This document shows, piece after piece, positions 38,601 through 53,712 of a stretch of DNA of 64,000 nucleotides. Position numbers and translations under genes: made by a program. Position 1 is the first letter of the stretch. The number at the start of each line of letters is the position of its first letter. The DNA is from Octopus bimaculoides (Eukaryota): assembly GCF_001194135.2 (NCBI RefSeq), contig NC_068992.1:18262711-18326710 (forward strand). Direction: 5' to 3'. Under the pieces are notes generated by a model. It was given only the letters and a program-made list of their open reading frames with translations, had not been told where the DNA came from and ran no database searches.

Positions 38601-39799
38601 TATATGTGTGTGTCTGTTTATGCATTTAAACACAAAGCTATGTGTTTCCCTATTCAAAAAGTACTCTGCCTTTCTCTCTTCCCCTTCTGCTCTCTCACAA
38701 AAGCATTGATATGCATTTATACGCATAGTTGTATTAGAATGCCACGGCATAACGTCACAGGTTTTTGCAGCAACACATGTGCTTGGGTGGCCGATACACA
38801 GCCATTAGGTATCTTTTATATTCTCAAACAGAAATTCATTGAGTTCTTTTGTGATGATGATTACAGTGTCTAACAATGAGTTACTTCTCAACCACACAAA
38901 TCACGCCCGCAAATATATATTCNNNNNNNNNNNNNNNNNNNNNNNNNNNNNNNNNNNNNNNNNNNNNNNNNNNNNNNNNNNNNNNNNNNNNNNNNNNNNN
39001 NNNNNNNNNNNNNNNNNNNNNNNNNNNNNNNNNNNNNNNNNNNNNNNNNNNNNNNNNNNNNNNNNNNNNNNNNNNNNNNNNNNNNNNNNNNNNNNNNNNN
39101 NNNNNNNNNNNNNNNNNNNNNNNNNNNNNNNNNNNNNNNNNNNNNNNNNNNNNNNNNNNNNNNNNNNNNNNNNNNNNNNNNNNNNNNNNNNNNNNNNNNN
39201 NNNNNNNNNNNNNNNNNNNNNNNNNNNNNNNNNNNNNNNNNNNNNNNNNNNNNNNNNNNNNNNNNNNNNNNNNNNNNNNNNNNNNNNNNNNNNNNNNNNN
39301 NNNNNNNNNNNNNNNNNNNNNNNNTATATATATATATATATATGTTCACAATTTGTTACATACACCTAAACGTAGTTATACAAATACATCATTGGTTTAG
39401 TCACGGCCATTAGAAAGCAATAAACCACACAATGTTGGTATATGCATACATATTTTCACTTAGGGAAAAAATCGCTTTTAATCATTCACTGATACGTGGC
39501 TGCGGGATAGCATTTTACATGCATTATCAGTCGTCTACCTATACATTACGTATTTCTCCTGTGTATCACACATCCCGTTACAGGTAATTTCGTGTACTAA
39601 ATACAACGAAAGTATTTGTGTGAGATATCCTGTCAAAGATACTGCTGTAGGATGCATTCCTATGATACTTTTATTTTTCCTCATGATTAATAATAGTTTC
39701 TATTATGAGTGATGCCGTCGTTTGTATTGGCGATTATACGAATGTCGCTGTTATCGATAATATGTTTCAATTTACTTTGAAATCATTGACAACGTTTTG

Positions 39800-40020
39800 A
39801 AAATGCTACAGTGATCTATACCAAACACCTAAATAAAAGACATTATTCTGCATATGAGGAAACTTAATTGTTTTCCAAACACAATATTTAGGAGAATATT
39901 TCAAAGAACATCCAGCGGTATATTAATAGAACAGAACACACCATGTGTCCACGTTAATGACAAATTTCAAAGGCGATATAGCCACACACAACAAAGGAAT
40001 AATGGAGAACATCGAAGAAT
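39800..40020 (+). pseudogene. Possible short PLE thumb remnant
   Basis: NCFPNTIFRRIFQRT and STLMTNFKGDIATHNKGIMEN resemble KHFP...KIFNRNT...MPN...I..HNK.IL. Confidence 0.4.
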
Positions 40021-40168
40021 CTCATGGCGTAAGTTAAATGGAACAGGCAGATAGCGGTCTGTCAGGAACTAGAATGCTAATAAGAAGGAATTTAGGAGCG
40101 ATAAAAACGTCTATATTCTCACTACACACAAGTGATTGTGTGCGTATGTCTGCAGATATATTTGTGTC

Positions 40169-40207
<39 letters not shown>

Positions 40208-41274
40208 GTCTATCTATCTATCTATCTATCTATCTATCAGCATATATATATATATATATNNNNNNNNNNNNNNNNNNNNNNNNNNNNNNNNNNNNNNNNN
40301 NNNNNNNNNNNNNNNNNNNNNNNNNNNNNNNNNNNNNNNNNNNNNNNNNNNNNNNNNNNNNNNNNNNNNNNNNNNNNNNNNNNNNNNNNNNNNNNNNNNN
40401 NNNNNNNNNNNNNNNNNNNNNNNNNNNNNNNNNNNNNNNNNNNNNNNNNNNNNNNNNNNNNNNNNNNNNNNNNNNNNNNNNNNNNNNNNNNNNNNNNNNN
40501 NNNNNNNNNNNNNNNNNNNNNNNNNNNNNNNNNNNNNNNNNNNNNNNNNNNNNNNNNNNNNNNNNNNNNNNNNNNNNNNNNNNNNNNNNNNNNNNNNNNN
40601 NNNNNNNNNNNNNNNNNNNNNNNNNNNNNNNNNNNNNNNNNNNNNNNNNNNNNNNNNNNNNNNNNNNNNNNNNNNNNNNNNNNNNNNNNNNNNNNNNNNN
40701 NNNNNNNNNNNNNNNNNNNNNNNNNNNNNNNNNNNNNNNNNNNNNNNNNNNNNNNNNNNNNNNNNNNNNNNNNNNNNNNNNNNNNNNNNNNNNNNNNNNN
40801 NNNNNNNNNNNNNNNNNNNNNNNNNNNNNNNNNNNNNNNNNNNNNNNNNNNNNNNNNNNNNNNNNNNNNNNNNNNNNNNNNNNNNNNNNNNNNNNNNNNN
40901 NNNNNNNNNNNNNNNNNNNNNNNNNNNNNNNNNNNNNNNNNNNNNNNNNNNNNNNNNNNNNNNNNNNNNNNNNNNNNNNNNNNNNNNNNNNNNNNNNNNN
41001 NNNNNNNNNNNNNNNNNNNNNNNNNNNNNNNNNNNNNNNNNNNNNNNNNNNNNNNNNNNNNNNNNNNNNNNNNNNNNNNNNNNNNNNNNNNNNNNNNNNN
41101 NNNNNNNNNNNNNNNNNNNNNNNNNNNNNNNNNNNNNNNNNNNNNNNNNNNNNNNNNNNNNNNNNNNNNNNNNNNTCAAAATAAATAATAGGTAGTAAAC
41201 CAGTAAACTCATTGGATTTTATTATCCCTTAATGAGGTTTTTGACCAGTAATTATACTTTCACATACACACACA

Positions 41275-41337
<63 letters not shown>

Positions 41338-42644
41338 TGTTTTAAAATGAGTATTCAGTTCATTATTTTGAAAAATTAGTAACAAATTTGATTAAATTTA
41401 CTTTGTAATTTTTATGTGTGAGACGTATTTCATGCCATCATATGTACAAAAATATGTACAAATTTATGCGACATATGACGGGTAATATTCTAGTATATAC
41501 ATATTTACTTACATATACGAATACGTATACACACACACACATATATACATGCGTACACGTATGCAAACGTTAGTCTAGACAGACTATTGCTACTCTGAGA
41601 TGCACCTGTATGTACAGAGTGTCTTCAGGCAAAATTGAATTATATTATTCTATTTGAATCACTGTGAAATAGATTTGAATCTTCACGGAAAGCTCGTACA
41701 AAGTAGGCTGGAAAGAAAGAAATGAACAGAAAATTAGAATCACATATGTCGGTTTACCGTTGAGTTAGGTACTTCGGATTTAAAATCTCATACGAAGATG
41801 AGATGTCCATTAGTGAAATATTCCGCCGGAAAATGCATGAAGAGGTGTATTTACGCCATACGGATCCATCGTTCAATTATAGCGAAAATATTCTACACAC
41901 GGAATGTAATCACCCATGAAAACACTATTTACAATGAAACAGAGGAGATAATTGACATCACAGGCGGCTCGAAAATGGGCTAATAAATTGCTACGATTAA
42001 TAGCCATGCCACAAATAAATCTTACAATTAACTACAATGAAACTCTACCCTGCTAGTGAAAATGTACATTTTTCTAAAACTGCTACACTCGGATGATAAG
42101 TCGACAGTGTCAATACACCAGGTGGCTCGAGGAAACCGAATAAACTGGTAACGTATTATAGGCGTTTTATAAGGGTCTTCTTCTGTTACTGAATCACGCA
42201 TAGCAAAGACATAAGGATATCATCCGAAATTAACTATGCTGGGAGAATTACATGGAAGAACATTTGCGAAACTACGTGGTACATCACATACAACATTGTG
42301 AAAATGATGGCTCTAAATTCGGAAATATCGATCATAAATATTGCAATTCTGTTAAAGTATACGTTGTCATAACTACCAGAGGTACACACAAGGATATATA
42401 ACGGAGCAAGACGCAGTATACCTACGTTATGTAACAGATGAACAAATATCATAATTAGAACATTAAAACAACAACACTCCAGTGAAAAGAATATAAAACC
42501 TGAGAATTAATGTTGTTGATTGTATTAACATATTGTATCAATCCTTAATAATATGTAGGAAAGTTATGACACTTATTGGCCAATTTCATACTACCAATGT
42601 GAACAAATCGCAAATATCCAACTTTACATTCGCAAAGTTCCTGT

Positions 42645-42880
42645 CCGAGTCATATACACTCATAGGGCCAGTTGCCCCGGTTTCTATGGCACATAAAGTT
42701 TCCACCAGGACGGGACGCTGTTCCGTTGTAGGGTTACAGATTTTTTTTTGCCAGCGGAGTGGAGTGGGACAACGTGAAACGAAGTGTTTGACTCAATACC
42801 ACAACACGTCGTCCGGTGCAGGAAGCGAAACCACAGTCTTAAGATTATGAGCACAACACCTTTACAGCTACTCCACGCGC
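42645..42880 (-). mobile_element. tRNA-headed SINE, family C
   Basis: Minus strand GCGCGTGGAGTAGCTGTAAAGGTGTTGTGCTCAT...GGTTTCGCTTCC (A/B boxes), then GTGTTGTGGTATTGAGTCAAACACTT (V/CORE-like). Confidence 0.6.
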
Positions 42881-44543
42881 ATCCACACTTTATGTAAGCT
42901 TGCAGACAAATAAGTTTCTCCTCCTTTTGATAGGATTCCCAATACAGAATATCGGAATAAAAATGAAGTGTTCCCGGTTATCTTATTTTGGTCGAGCTGG
43001 TCTCTTTCTCCCTCTATATATTAAAAGGTTCATTTGAAAAACTTTGAAACCGTGTTATCTCTTTTTTTCTTTCTTTTTTCACTTCATTATAATATTTTCT
43101 CTACATCATCACGACTTACGACTTGAAAGCTATATGTAGATGCGCAAATCTTCTCGCATATCCTTTCAGGTTAGTGTATGCACCGGCAGGTGAAAAAGTC
43201 TTTAACTTTTCGAGCCTACGCTCTTCCACAGAAAGGAACACAGAAAGAAACAGGGAGAGAATCACGGAGAGAAAAAAAGAATANNNNNNNNNNNNNNNNN
43301 NNNNNNNNNNNNNNNNNNNNNNNNNNNNNNNNNNNNNNNNNNNNNNNNNNNNNNNNNNNNNNNNNNNNNNNNNNNNNNNNNNNNNNNNNNNNNNNNNNNN
43401 NNNNNNNNNNNNNNNNNNNNNNNNNNNNNNNNNNNNNNNNNNNNNNNNNNNNNNNNNNNNNNNNNNNNNNNNNNNNNNNNNNNNNNNNNNNNNNNNNNNN
43501 NNNNNNNNNNNNNNNNNNNNNNNNNNNNNNNNNNNNNNNNNNNNNNNNNNNNNNNNNNNNNNNNNNNNNNNNNNNNNNNNNNNNNNNNNNNNNNNNNNNN
43601 NNNNNNNNNNNNNNNNNNNNNNNNNNNNNNNNNNNNNNNNNNNNNNNNNNNNNNNNNNNNNNNNNNNNNNNNNNNNNNNNNNNNNNNNNNNNNNNNNNNN
43701 NNNNNNNNNNNNNNNNNNNNNNNNNNNNNNNNNNNNNNNNNNNNNNNNNNNNNNNNNNNNNNNNNNNNNNNNNNNNNNNNNNNNNNNNNNNNNNNNNNNN
43801 NNNNNNNNNNNNNNNNNNNNNNNNNNNNNNNNNNNNNNNNNNNNNNNNNNNNNNNNNNNNNNNNNNNNNNNNNNNNNNNNNNNNNNNNNNNNNNNNNNNN
43901 NNNNNNNNNNNNNNNNNNNNNNNNNNNNNNNNNNNNNNNNNNNNNNNNNNNNNNNNNNNNNNNNNNNNNNNNNNNNNNNNNNNNNNNNNNNNNNNNNNNN
44001 NNNNNNNNNNNNNNNNNNNNNNNNNNNNNNNNNNNNNNNNNNNNNNNNNNNNNNNNNNNNNNNNNNNNNNNNNNNNNNNNNNNNNNNNNNNNNNNNNNNN
44101 NNNNNNCATCAGCTGCGTATGCATTTACTAACCGACTTCACGTGCATAGTGACTATTACTTCAAACAATCGTTTACATATTTGTATATATATATATATAT
44201 ATATATATCATAATGTAACTATTATTCGCACTCTGTACAGTAAGCGTTTCCAACATCAATAAAACATCGAAGAAGAACTCCCAAAGAAACAAAGAGAATA
44301 GGTAAATTGCCAGATATCTTCACTACGGAAAAAGAGAAGTTAAGTTCAGTATAATATAAGCTGTAGGAGAAAATCTTCGCATAAAGTATTACATTAAAGC
44401 ATTAGTGGTAGCAAAGGCAAATATGTACTGGAAATATTGATGCTCACTAAACATAGCACATTAAGTGTACGAATGCAGAGGTACAGACGTACATACACAC
44501 ACGCATCATGCACATGCACACATACACACACACGCACACACAT

Positions 44544-44579
<36 letters not shown>

Positions 44580-44873
44580 GTATATATATGTGCATATCAA
44601 TATTCATTCATATTTACGTATACATAGATATATTACGTATAAAAGCATATTTATGCGTGTAGTTGGTTTGTGTTTTTATACATATATGTATCAATAGATG
44701 AATGTGTATATACATACACATACATATATACCTATGTGTATATTTACATATAGTTTTTTATGACTTTCACTTCGTTACGTAACTCACTTATCAGGCGATA
44801 AATACATGCTTGGGTATGTATTTATACACAATGTGTGTGTGTGTGAGCATATGTGTATATTTGTATGTATATG

Positions 44874-44911
<38 letters not shown>

Positions 44912-46123
44912 NNNNNNNNNNNNNNNNNNNNNNNNNNNNNNNNNNNNNNNNNNNNNNNNNNNNNNNNNNNNNNNNNNNNNNNNNNNNNNNNNNNNNNNNN
45001 NNNNNNNNNNNNNNNNNNNNNNNNNNNNNNNNNNNNNNNNNNNNNNNNNNNNNNNNNNNNNNNNNNNNNNNNNNNNNNNNNNNNNNNNNNNNNNNNNNNN
45101 NNNNNNNNNNNNNNNNNNNNNNNNNNNNNNNNNNNNNNNNNNNNNNNNNNNNNNNNNNNNNNNNNNNNNNNNNNNNNNNNNNNNNNNNNNNNNNNNNNNN
45201 NNNNNNNNNNNNNNNNNNNNNNNNNNNNNNNNNNNNNNNNNNNNNNNNNNNNNNNNNNNNNNNNNNNNNNNNNNNNNNNNNNNNNNNNNNNNNNNNNNNN
45301 NNNNNNNNNNNNNNNNNNNNNNNNNNNNNNNNNNNNNNNNNNNNNNNNNNNNNNNNNNNNNNNNNNNNNNNNNNNNNNNNNNNNNNNNNNNNNNNNNNNN
45401 NNNNNNNNNNNNNNNNNNNNNNNNNNNNNNNNNNNNNNNNNATATATATGGCGAGGTGAGCGAATGCTTGGTGCTTGTGTGTGTTTATGAGCTTGCACAT
45501 TAGTGCACAATTCTTCGTATACGTGGCTTTTTCTTTTAAGCAGTTTTTCAATTTTGCTATCCGTGACATATTTACTGTTGCCATCTGAATAATCCAATAT
45601 AATGTCCAACTACGCTGTCACATGTATATACTGAAGTGGGTAACGATATCAATACTAATAATGTGCATAGTGTTAACATGACGCAGTTTCGGGATTTGGT
45701 GGTTTGTATTCAATGTTGTAACATATGGAAATTTCGACATTCGCCGCCATTATTTCACAGCGGTTTGCATCACTTTAAGCGAGTTTGCTGAAAGATTCTG
45801 AATCAATATTAGCGATATCAAATGGTGTGTTCATTGCAAAGGTTAGAACTCTAAAAATCCCTTGATTCTGTTATGGTTTTAAAACTATGAAACACAGTAC
45901 GTTGTGAAAGCTTTGCTATGTGAAGGTACGAATATGTAAATATGTACTCGAACGCACACACGCGCGCACATACATGTACACACATACAAGCTCATGCAGA
46001 GATGCACGTATTTGAATGGATGTTTGTCTTGCCATTTTAGAGACATAGATGACATATAGCTATGCATATTTCGTTGTCCATACGCCCCAACCCACACTCA
46101 CACGCACATACACACACACACAC

Positions 46124-46170
<47 letters not shown>

Positions 46171-46216
46171 TTTATATATATATATATATATAAATATATG
46201 AATGTATATATCTAAT

Positions 46217-46294
<78 letters not shown>

Positions 46295-46295
46295 C

Positions 46296-46597
46296 ATGTG
46301 GCTGTGTGGTAAGTAGCTTGCCTACCAACCACATGGCTCCGGGTGCTGTGTGGCACCTTGGGCAAGTGTCTTCTACTCTAGCTTTGTGAGCGGATTTCAT
46401 AGATGGAAACTGAAAGACGCCCGTATATATGTATAAATATGTATGTGAGTGTATAGGTTTGTGTGTCTGTGTCCCCCCACCAACATCGTTTGACAACTGA
46501 TGCTGGTGTGTTTACCTCCCCGTTACCTAGCCGTTCGGAAAAAAGATCCGATAAAATAACTACTAGGCTTACAAAGAATAAATCCCGGGCTCGATAC
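46296..46597 (+). mobile_element. SINE family B (CORE-like), near full length, with internal deletions and an internal microsatellite
   Basis: GTGGCTGTGTGGTAAG (A-box), GCACCTTGGGCAAGTGTCTTCTACT (CORE-like), GGAAACTGAAAGA, internal (AT/GT)n, 3' AGTACTAGGCTTACAAAGAATAA-type segment. Confidence 0.85.
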
Positions 46598-46934
46598 TGA
46601 AACTAGTAAAAGATTAAAAACATATATATTTTTATACATATATATATATATATATAAAGATTTTTTAATAAAAAGATATTAAAGTATGTGAAACGAAGGT
46701 ATTTCTCTTCCAATTTTTATGTTTTCCACCTATTTTCAACTCATAATTTTGCCACGTGGTGTATACAGATTCTCCAGTATTTTTGCTCCTTTACGCACAC
46801 ACACGCACACACACACACACATACACACACACTCTCACACACACATACACACACACACACACACACACAAACACACACCCACACCCCCACACCCCCACAC
46901 CCACACACATTTACATATATATGTATGCACATAT

Positions 46935-47120
46935 CAACGGTTATCAGCATTTTGTCCATCTTTGCTTTCTGATCTCAAATTTCGCCGAGGTCGTCTTTGC
47001 CTTTGCTCCTTTCGAGGACGGTAAAATAAGAAACAATTGAGCATTAGACTCGATGTAATCAACCCCAGTACCCCTCCTCTAAAAACAGCTGGTGTTATGC
47101 AATATTTGAATCCAATTGAG
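46935..47120 (+). mobile_element. SINE family A, degenerate
   Basis: GATCTCAAATTTCGCCGAGGTCGTCTTTGCCTTTGCTCCTTTCGAGGACGGTAAAATAAG. Confidence 0.7.
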
Positions 47121-50100
47121 AAGTAATTTCAACAAGGTAGCTGTTTATCCACTGAAAGCACTCTATACAGTTATTTACCAAAAAGTATCAACCTCTGATT
47201 AATTGCACTAACTCGATTTTCTCGGGAATAATAACATTTGAGGATTCCGTATAATTATATTGTTGGTAGAAGTTTCTCCAATCTGATCTAAGAAAAGTTT
47301 GAACCAATCTGAAAACTGCTAGGTTCTTGGGGTCTCAGTACATACTCCGGCTCCTCTGGAATCAGATGTAGTAGACTTAGCATCCATTCATTAAGAACAA
47401 GAAAGCAAATAAATTAAGTCAACTCCCCTGCCTGTTTTGGAGACAGTATTTTGTTGCCCTTAATAGGAGTTCAATTGTCAAAAATTAACATGTTCCTGTT
47501 ATCATTATTTGTCATTAAATTACACATTGTAGGACAATGCTTTATATACATACATTACGAACTGTAAACAACTGTATCTATTGAAAAAATAATAAATACA
47601 CGTTAGATTTAGTGAGAAGACGTAATTAACATGCTTAAAGAAGGAAATATTTAGCTATTTTACCATTTGTTGTCAGCGAGACATTAATAATCCAGCAGCT
47701 TTTGCTGTTTATCCTGTGTTCAGATTTGATTAATAGGATTACGATTAAATGCTTTCCATTGACAACTACTCACAACAAAAATTATCTAAGATTTTCCTGC
47801 ACTTTGTAAAACGGTAGTTTATGATTTGAAGGACATTCGATTGTTATTTCTAGTAGCTCGATCTGTCTCTTAGAAGATTCAGAGTTGCTGGACTTCCTCA
47901 CAAACAATATGAATTTTACAAGTATACTGACCTCAGGCTGATGGATCTAAAACCATCGAATCAAAAACCATGATTGATCAAAGTAATAAATCAACAAGTA
48001 GAGATCGCTTCTCTCTCATGTACACGTAACTCCCAAAACTGAGTTATCTCCAAACAATGGGAGCCCATTGTTTTACAGGAATGAATATCAGAACAGCATT
48101 TTTTCCAAAATATTTTACTCTTTTGTTGATAATGGAAAGGAAATGAATATTGCCTACTCCTTATGCAAATTGACTTTTGCTCAATTTTCAAAAATAGCAT
48201 AGTGAATTATAATTTATGTTCAAATCACATTCGTAATTTACAGCATTTAATGAAATTCAAGTTATTTTAAAATCCTGCAGACATTATTACAATTCAATGA
48301 TTACAGTTTCTGATAATTCAACCAAAGAAATCATTGTTGGAATGTATTTCATTCATAATTAAATGATATTAAGATTAAGCTCGGTTCTGCTTCATGAATA
48401 ATTTGAAAAGATGAGACGGTATCATGGGCATTCCGTAGAATGAAATCAGAATAAAAGTAGCACATGTAAATACATATAAAATAGATATGGACAACTATCT
48501 CTTGTTGCTTTTTCTTGTCACAGACGTAAAAAGAAGAGAGAATATATTTTTTTTATTTTACAACATTATCAGTTAAGAAAATGAAAAATTTAAATGAAAA
48601 AGGTTCAGGAAAATATTATTTTATACAGATCAGAACAAAGCGGTAAATAAAAGTTTCTGTTTCTCCGAATGTTTAATTAATTTCAATATAGCTGAAATTA
48701 ATTAAAATGTGAATTAATATAGAAAATAATTTCACTTCTGATTATGATTAAAGATAATTTTTATTGTACTTCTAATGCTTCGTTTTTGGAGCCCGCGTGG
48801 CATACTATAATCATCTTTGATGAGAAACGCGATTTGAAGCAGTTCATGATATTGAATGTGGCGTTCAACTCGAAAATAATATTTTGCAGATTAATTTCTG
48901 CAATAAATCAATCCGTTGTGGAAAAAAAAATAGTCAATTCTGTCTAATATATCATACGTACACAGACTTGCAGACACACGTACATGCACACAAACACTAA
49001 CGCACACACACAAACATATTTATGCACTCATACACACATACATAAATAATATACTTACACACTCACACACACATATACACACACTTTGATGATTATGTTA
49101 GGAAGTTGGATGAAGATTACATTAACGTACAGAATTCATTAGTTCGAAGGTACATAAATTTATTTTTTAAATGAGGCATTTAGCGATAGCGCTATGGAAT
49201 GCTGAGATAGATAATCTTACATACTGTCCAGGAACGAAACAAAGCTTACGCTTATTGAAGTCATTCATCATACATATGTGTGTGTATGTATGTATGTATG
49301 TATGTATGTATGAATGTTGTGTGTGTATATGTATGTAAACCATACTTATCACATGTATATCGTCGAAAAGTGAAACGCTGCAATCATCCTCGCTGAAACA
49401 TCCGCTTCGAGACGGAGTATAGTTTTAAGAAACGCATTATACTTCAGAGATAGGCGCAACGAAATAGCCTGGCAATTGAATTAAATAAAACTTCCACAAT
49501 AGTTAGTTCTGGAAGTGCATAGTTTTTCTTATAAATATCACGTGGTGTTGTGCATTATTTCCTTCAGCAATATTCAGAATGATTATCCACAAGCTTTTGA
49601 TTTTCGCGAGTATCTTTCAGGATTTTGCATGCAACTGGGAGTGCCCCCAGGTACTCTCAGTTATGAGAATAGGTTAAAACGAACACGCGAGAAAGTGGGG
49701 ATAACACTGCAATATTCGTGTATATGTGCATAGAGACAAGAGGTAGTACAGACATGCTTTACTTTGCTATTATTTATAATTTATCATTCATATATTTCAT
49801 TTTATTAGCTTGTCCTCCAAAATTATACTCGTGTACTCGTAAACGATTACGTATATATACTATATGTAATGGGACTGTCGTGTTTATGGGAATGGATTCA
49901 GATTGTACACATATACGAAACATGTAAACATGATAATAAGTTACTTGTGTAGATGCTGCGTTGTTGACTATAAAATTAAATCATTAAATCTGATGTCTAT
50001 TCAATTTTAATTTCTGTGAGAATAATTTGCCTTCCACGATACTACACTGAACCTACAAGAATTTAATGCCGAGCAGTCAGAGGGACATTATCTGTCCGCG

Positions 50101-50411
50101 ATGTTACTTTCTTGTTTCATTTCATTGAATATCTTCGAAATAAAGTAGTGGACTGTAGGTCTAGCCATTTAGATCAGTGTTAGATTAGCAACTTTAACCA
50201 CTTTCGTTTCGTTTGGCGTAAGTATATACACACATATATANNNNNNNNNNNNNNNNNNNNNNNNNNNNNNNNNNNNNNNNNNNNNNNNNNNNNNNNNNNN
50301 NNNNNNNNNNNNNNNNNNNNNNNNNNNNNNNNNNNNNNNNNNNNNNNNNNNNNNNNNNNNNNNNNNNNNNNNNNNNNNNNNNNNNNNNNNNNNNNNNNNN
50401 NNNNNNNNNNN

Positions 50412-50448
<37 letters not shown>

Positions 50449-53151
50449 ATGGATATATGTAGGCCTCCGTGTTGAGACTGAGCCGTGTGGGGAAATGAAT
50501 GGAGGAATAACGTCGCCATCACTAGTGATCTCTCCAAACACTCCACACACACGCACGCACACACACATGTATATATATATAATACCAACATGATGTCATA
50601 TGTCACATTTTGTACTCTGATGGGAACCAAATGAAGGCCCAGGAGATGGATGAACGTCAGTTCTAGATAAATGGGAAAAATATAGTTCTCTGACGAATAC
50701 TTCATTGCAAACTTCCTACATTGTTACACAGTGAATGCTCAATGCGAATTTCTTATTGGTGCATTTGGGAATGATAATAATGATAGAAATAACTGTAGTA
50801 TAAAATTATTCATTGTAAGATATGAAGTTTTCCTTTGAACAATAATTTCACTTCCAACTAAAAACCTCTTCTCCAGCCGTCCGTTAAATATAAGTTTTGA
50901 GTTAGTCTGAGCATTGTCCAAGGTGCGATTTTAGTCATAACTCTCAGGAAAGAACGTGCGCAGGTGTAGAAATTGCAGGATAGAAGTGGTCCATCTTGAT
51001 ACGAAATATCAGTTTATATGTGATCAATAGTTAATCAGTTCAGTCCTGTTGTTCATTCGAGAGTGTTACAGTGATAGCAAAAATTAAATAGCAAGTAATT
51101 TGTTTGAATTTCTGGAAAACAATGGCTGGAATAGCTTGTGCACAGCCATACTTATCATGGTGAGTTTCGAGAAACTAGTCACCATGGACATTTACTTATT
51201 ATTCTAGATGCGTAGACTTTACTTTCCACATTCTCTATGGCATTTCGGACATTTATTTTATGTTTACGTGCTCCATCAACACGAACAGAACTGCAGGATA
51301 TATATAAGATTTCCCATTAAATGCTTCTTGTGCGTTTTTCTTATTGCAGAGATTTTACACTAAATTGCAGATGCTATTATGGAAGTAATGAAATGTCAAA
51401 CACGTACGATTTTCTTCTCAATTTGTCCGATGATAAAATCTTGTAAGACATTTCTCAATTAATTTCTTTCGAAGAAATGTGGCCAAGAATTAGATAAACA
51501 CTGCAAAACAGGCAAATATCATTTGAATATAGATGGATTTTGTAGAATATTCTCAATATGGAAGATTTTAAAGCAACATGCCACACAGAAATGTGAATTG
51601 GACGCTAGATTGAATTGTTACGGAAAAGCCATATTTTCATTAATTTATGAATTAGGTTTCGATGCATTAATTAGGTCTTGTCTGATTCATGTCAATAACA
51701 TAGCTTCCTTTTTAATTATATGCACAACCAATTATCAATGAAAGAAAGCGTCGTATATTGTATCACCGAGAGAATATTACTGGTAAAGTTTGATATCACG
51801 GTCGAATGTAAGGCAAACCAGACCTCGACTTGAACAGATATTACACACACACACATATATATATATATATAAATAATTTATTTAAGCAGCAGTTATATAT
51901 ATATATATATATATNNNNNNNNNNNNNNNNNNNNNNNNNNNNNNNNNNNNNNNNNNNNNNNNNNNNNNNNNNNNNNNNNNNNNNNNNNNNNNNNNNNNNN
52001 NNNNNNNNNNNNNNNNNNNNNNNNNNNNNNNNNNNNNNNNNNNNNNNNNNNNNNNNNNNNNNNNNNNNNNNNNNNNNNNNNNNNNNNNNNNNNNNNNNNN
52101 NNNNNNNNNNNNNNNNNNNNNNNNNNNNNNNNNNNNNNNNNNNNNNNNNNNNNNNNNNNNNNNNNNNNNNNNNNNNNNNNNNNNNNNNNNNNNNNNNNNN
52201 NNNNNNNNNNNNNNNNNNNNNNNNNNNNNNNNNNNNNNNNNNNNNNNNNNNNNNNNNNNNNNNNNNNNNNNNNNNNNNNNNNNNNNNNNNNNNNNNNNNN
52301 NNNNNNNNNNNNNNNNNNNNNNNNNNNNNNNNNNNNNNNNNNNNNNNNNNNNNNNNNNNNNNNNNNNNNNNNNNNNNNNNNNNNNNNNNNNNNNNNNNNN
52401 NNNNNNNNNNNNNNNNNNNNNNNNNNNNNNNNNNNNNNNNNNNNNNNNNNNNNNNNNNNNNNNNNNNNNNNNNNNNNNNNNNNNNNNNNNNNNNNNNNNN
52501 NNNNNNNNNNNNNNNNNNNNNNNNNNNNNNNNNNNNNNNNNNNNNNNNNNNNNNNNNNNNNNNNNNNNNNNNNNNNNNNNNNNNNNNNNNNNTATATATA
52601 TATATATGTATATATTATTTATATTATTATATGATTGAACGCCACGCATCCTCTTCCAAGTAAGTTTTATGTTAATAATTCTGATGTGCAATCTATACGA
52701 TCTTTTACTCTTTCATTTTTCTCTCTTTCTCAATCTTATTCTTTTATCTCATCTTCTCCCACTACTTCTATCCTATTACTCTATCTCTGTCTCCCTCACA
52801 CCTCTTCCCTTGTTCACGTGGCTCCCACGTGACCATCGGCCATCTTACTTTTTTCTCCTAACTTGTGTTTCTTTCTATCTCCCCGTTGAAGCTTGAACGG
52901 GGAAGACGAACAAAAACAGCCAACAACTGATGTTCTTTATTTTCTTTCTCTTGCTTTGCGTTTGTGTCTTTCCTACTTAAAAAAAATAGTTCATATTCCA
53001 TGTATTTGTACTTCGTATTGTTTTGTTGTACACGTTTCATGACGTCCTGTGCCCACACATGCATATGTATATACGTATGTATATATGCGTATATATATAT
53101 TATTTATAGTATATGTATATATGTATATATATGTACATATATACATACATG

Positions 53152-53183
<32 letters not shown>

Positions 53184-53681
53184 TATNNNNNNNNNNNNNN
53201 NNNNNNNNNNNNNNNNNNNNNNNNNNNNNNNNNNNNNNNNNNNNNNNNNNNNNNNNNNNNNNNNNNNNNNNNNNNNNNNNNNNNNNNNNNNNNNNNNNNN
53301 NNNNNNNNNNNNNNNNNNNNNNNNNNNNNNNNNNNNNNNNNNNNNNNNNNNNNNNNNNNNNNNNNNNNNNNNNNNNNNNNNNNNNNNNNNNNNNNNNNNN
53401 NNNNNNNNNNNNNNNNNNNNNNNNNNNNNNNNNNNNNNNNNNNNNNNNNNNNNNNNNNNNNNNNNNNNNNNNNNNNNNNNNNNNNNNNNNNNNNNNNNNN
53501 NNNNNNNNNNNNNNNNNNNNNNNNNNNNNNNNNNNNNNNNNNNNNNNNNNNNNNNNNNNNNNNNNNNNNNNNNNNNNNNNNNNNNNNNNNNNNNNNNNNN
53601 NNNNNNNNNNNNNNNNNNNNNNNNNNNNNNNNNNNNNNNNNNNNNNNNNNNNNNNNNNNNNNNNNNNNNNNNNNNNNNNNN

Positions 53682-53712
<31 letters not shown>

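Noticed and set aside
47300-50920. Faint LINE/Tc1-like peptides (LIPEEP at ~47350, IIIFDEKR at ~48810, LSYENRLK at ~49660, NGRLEKRFLVGS at ~50870)
   Set aside because: Each is a single short motif with no supporting neighbours, so none was called as a feature.
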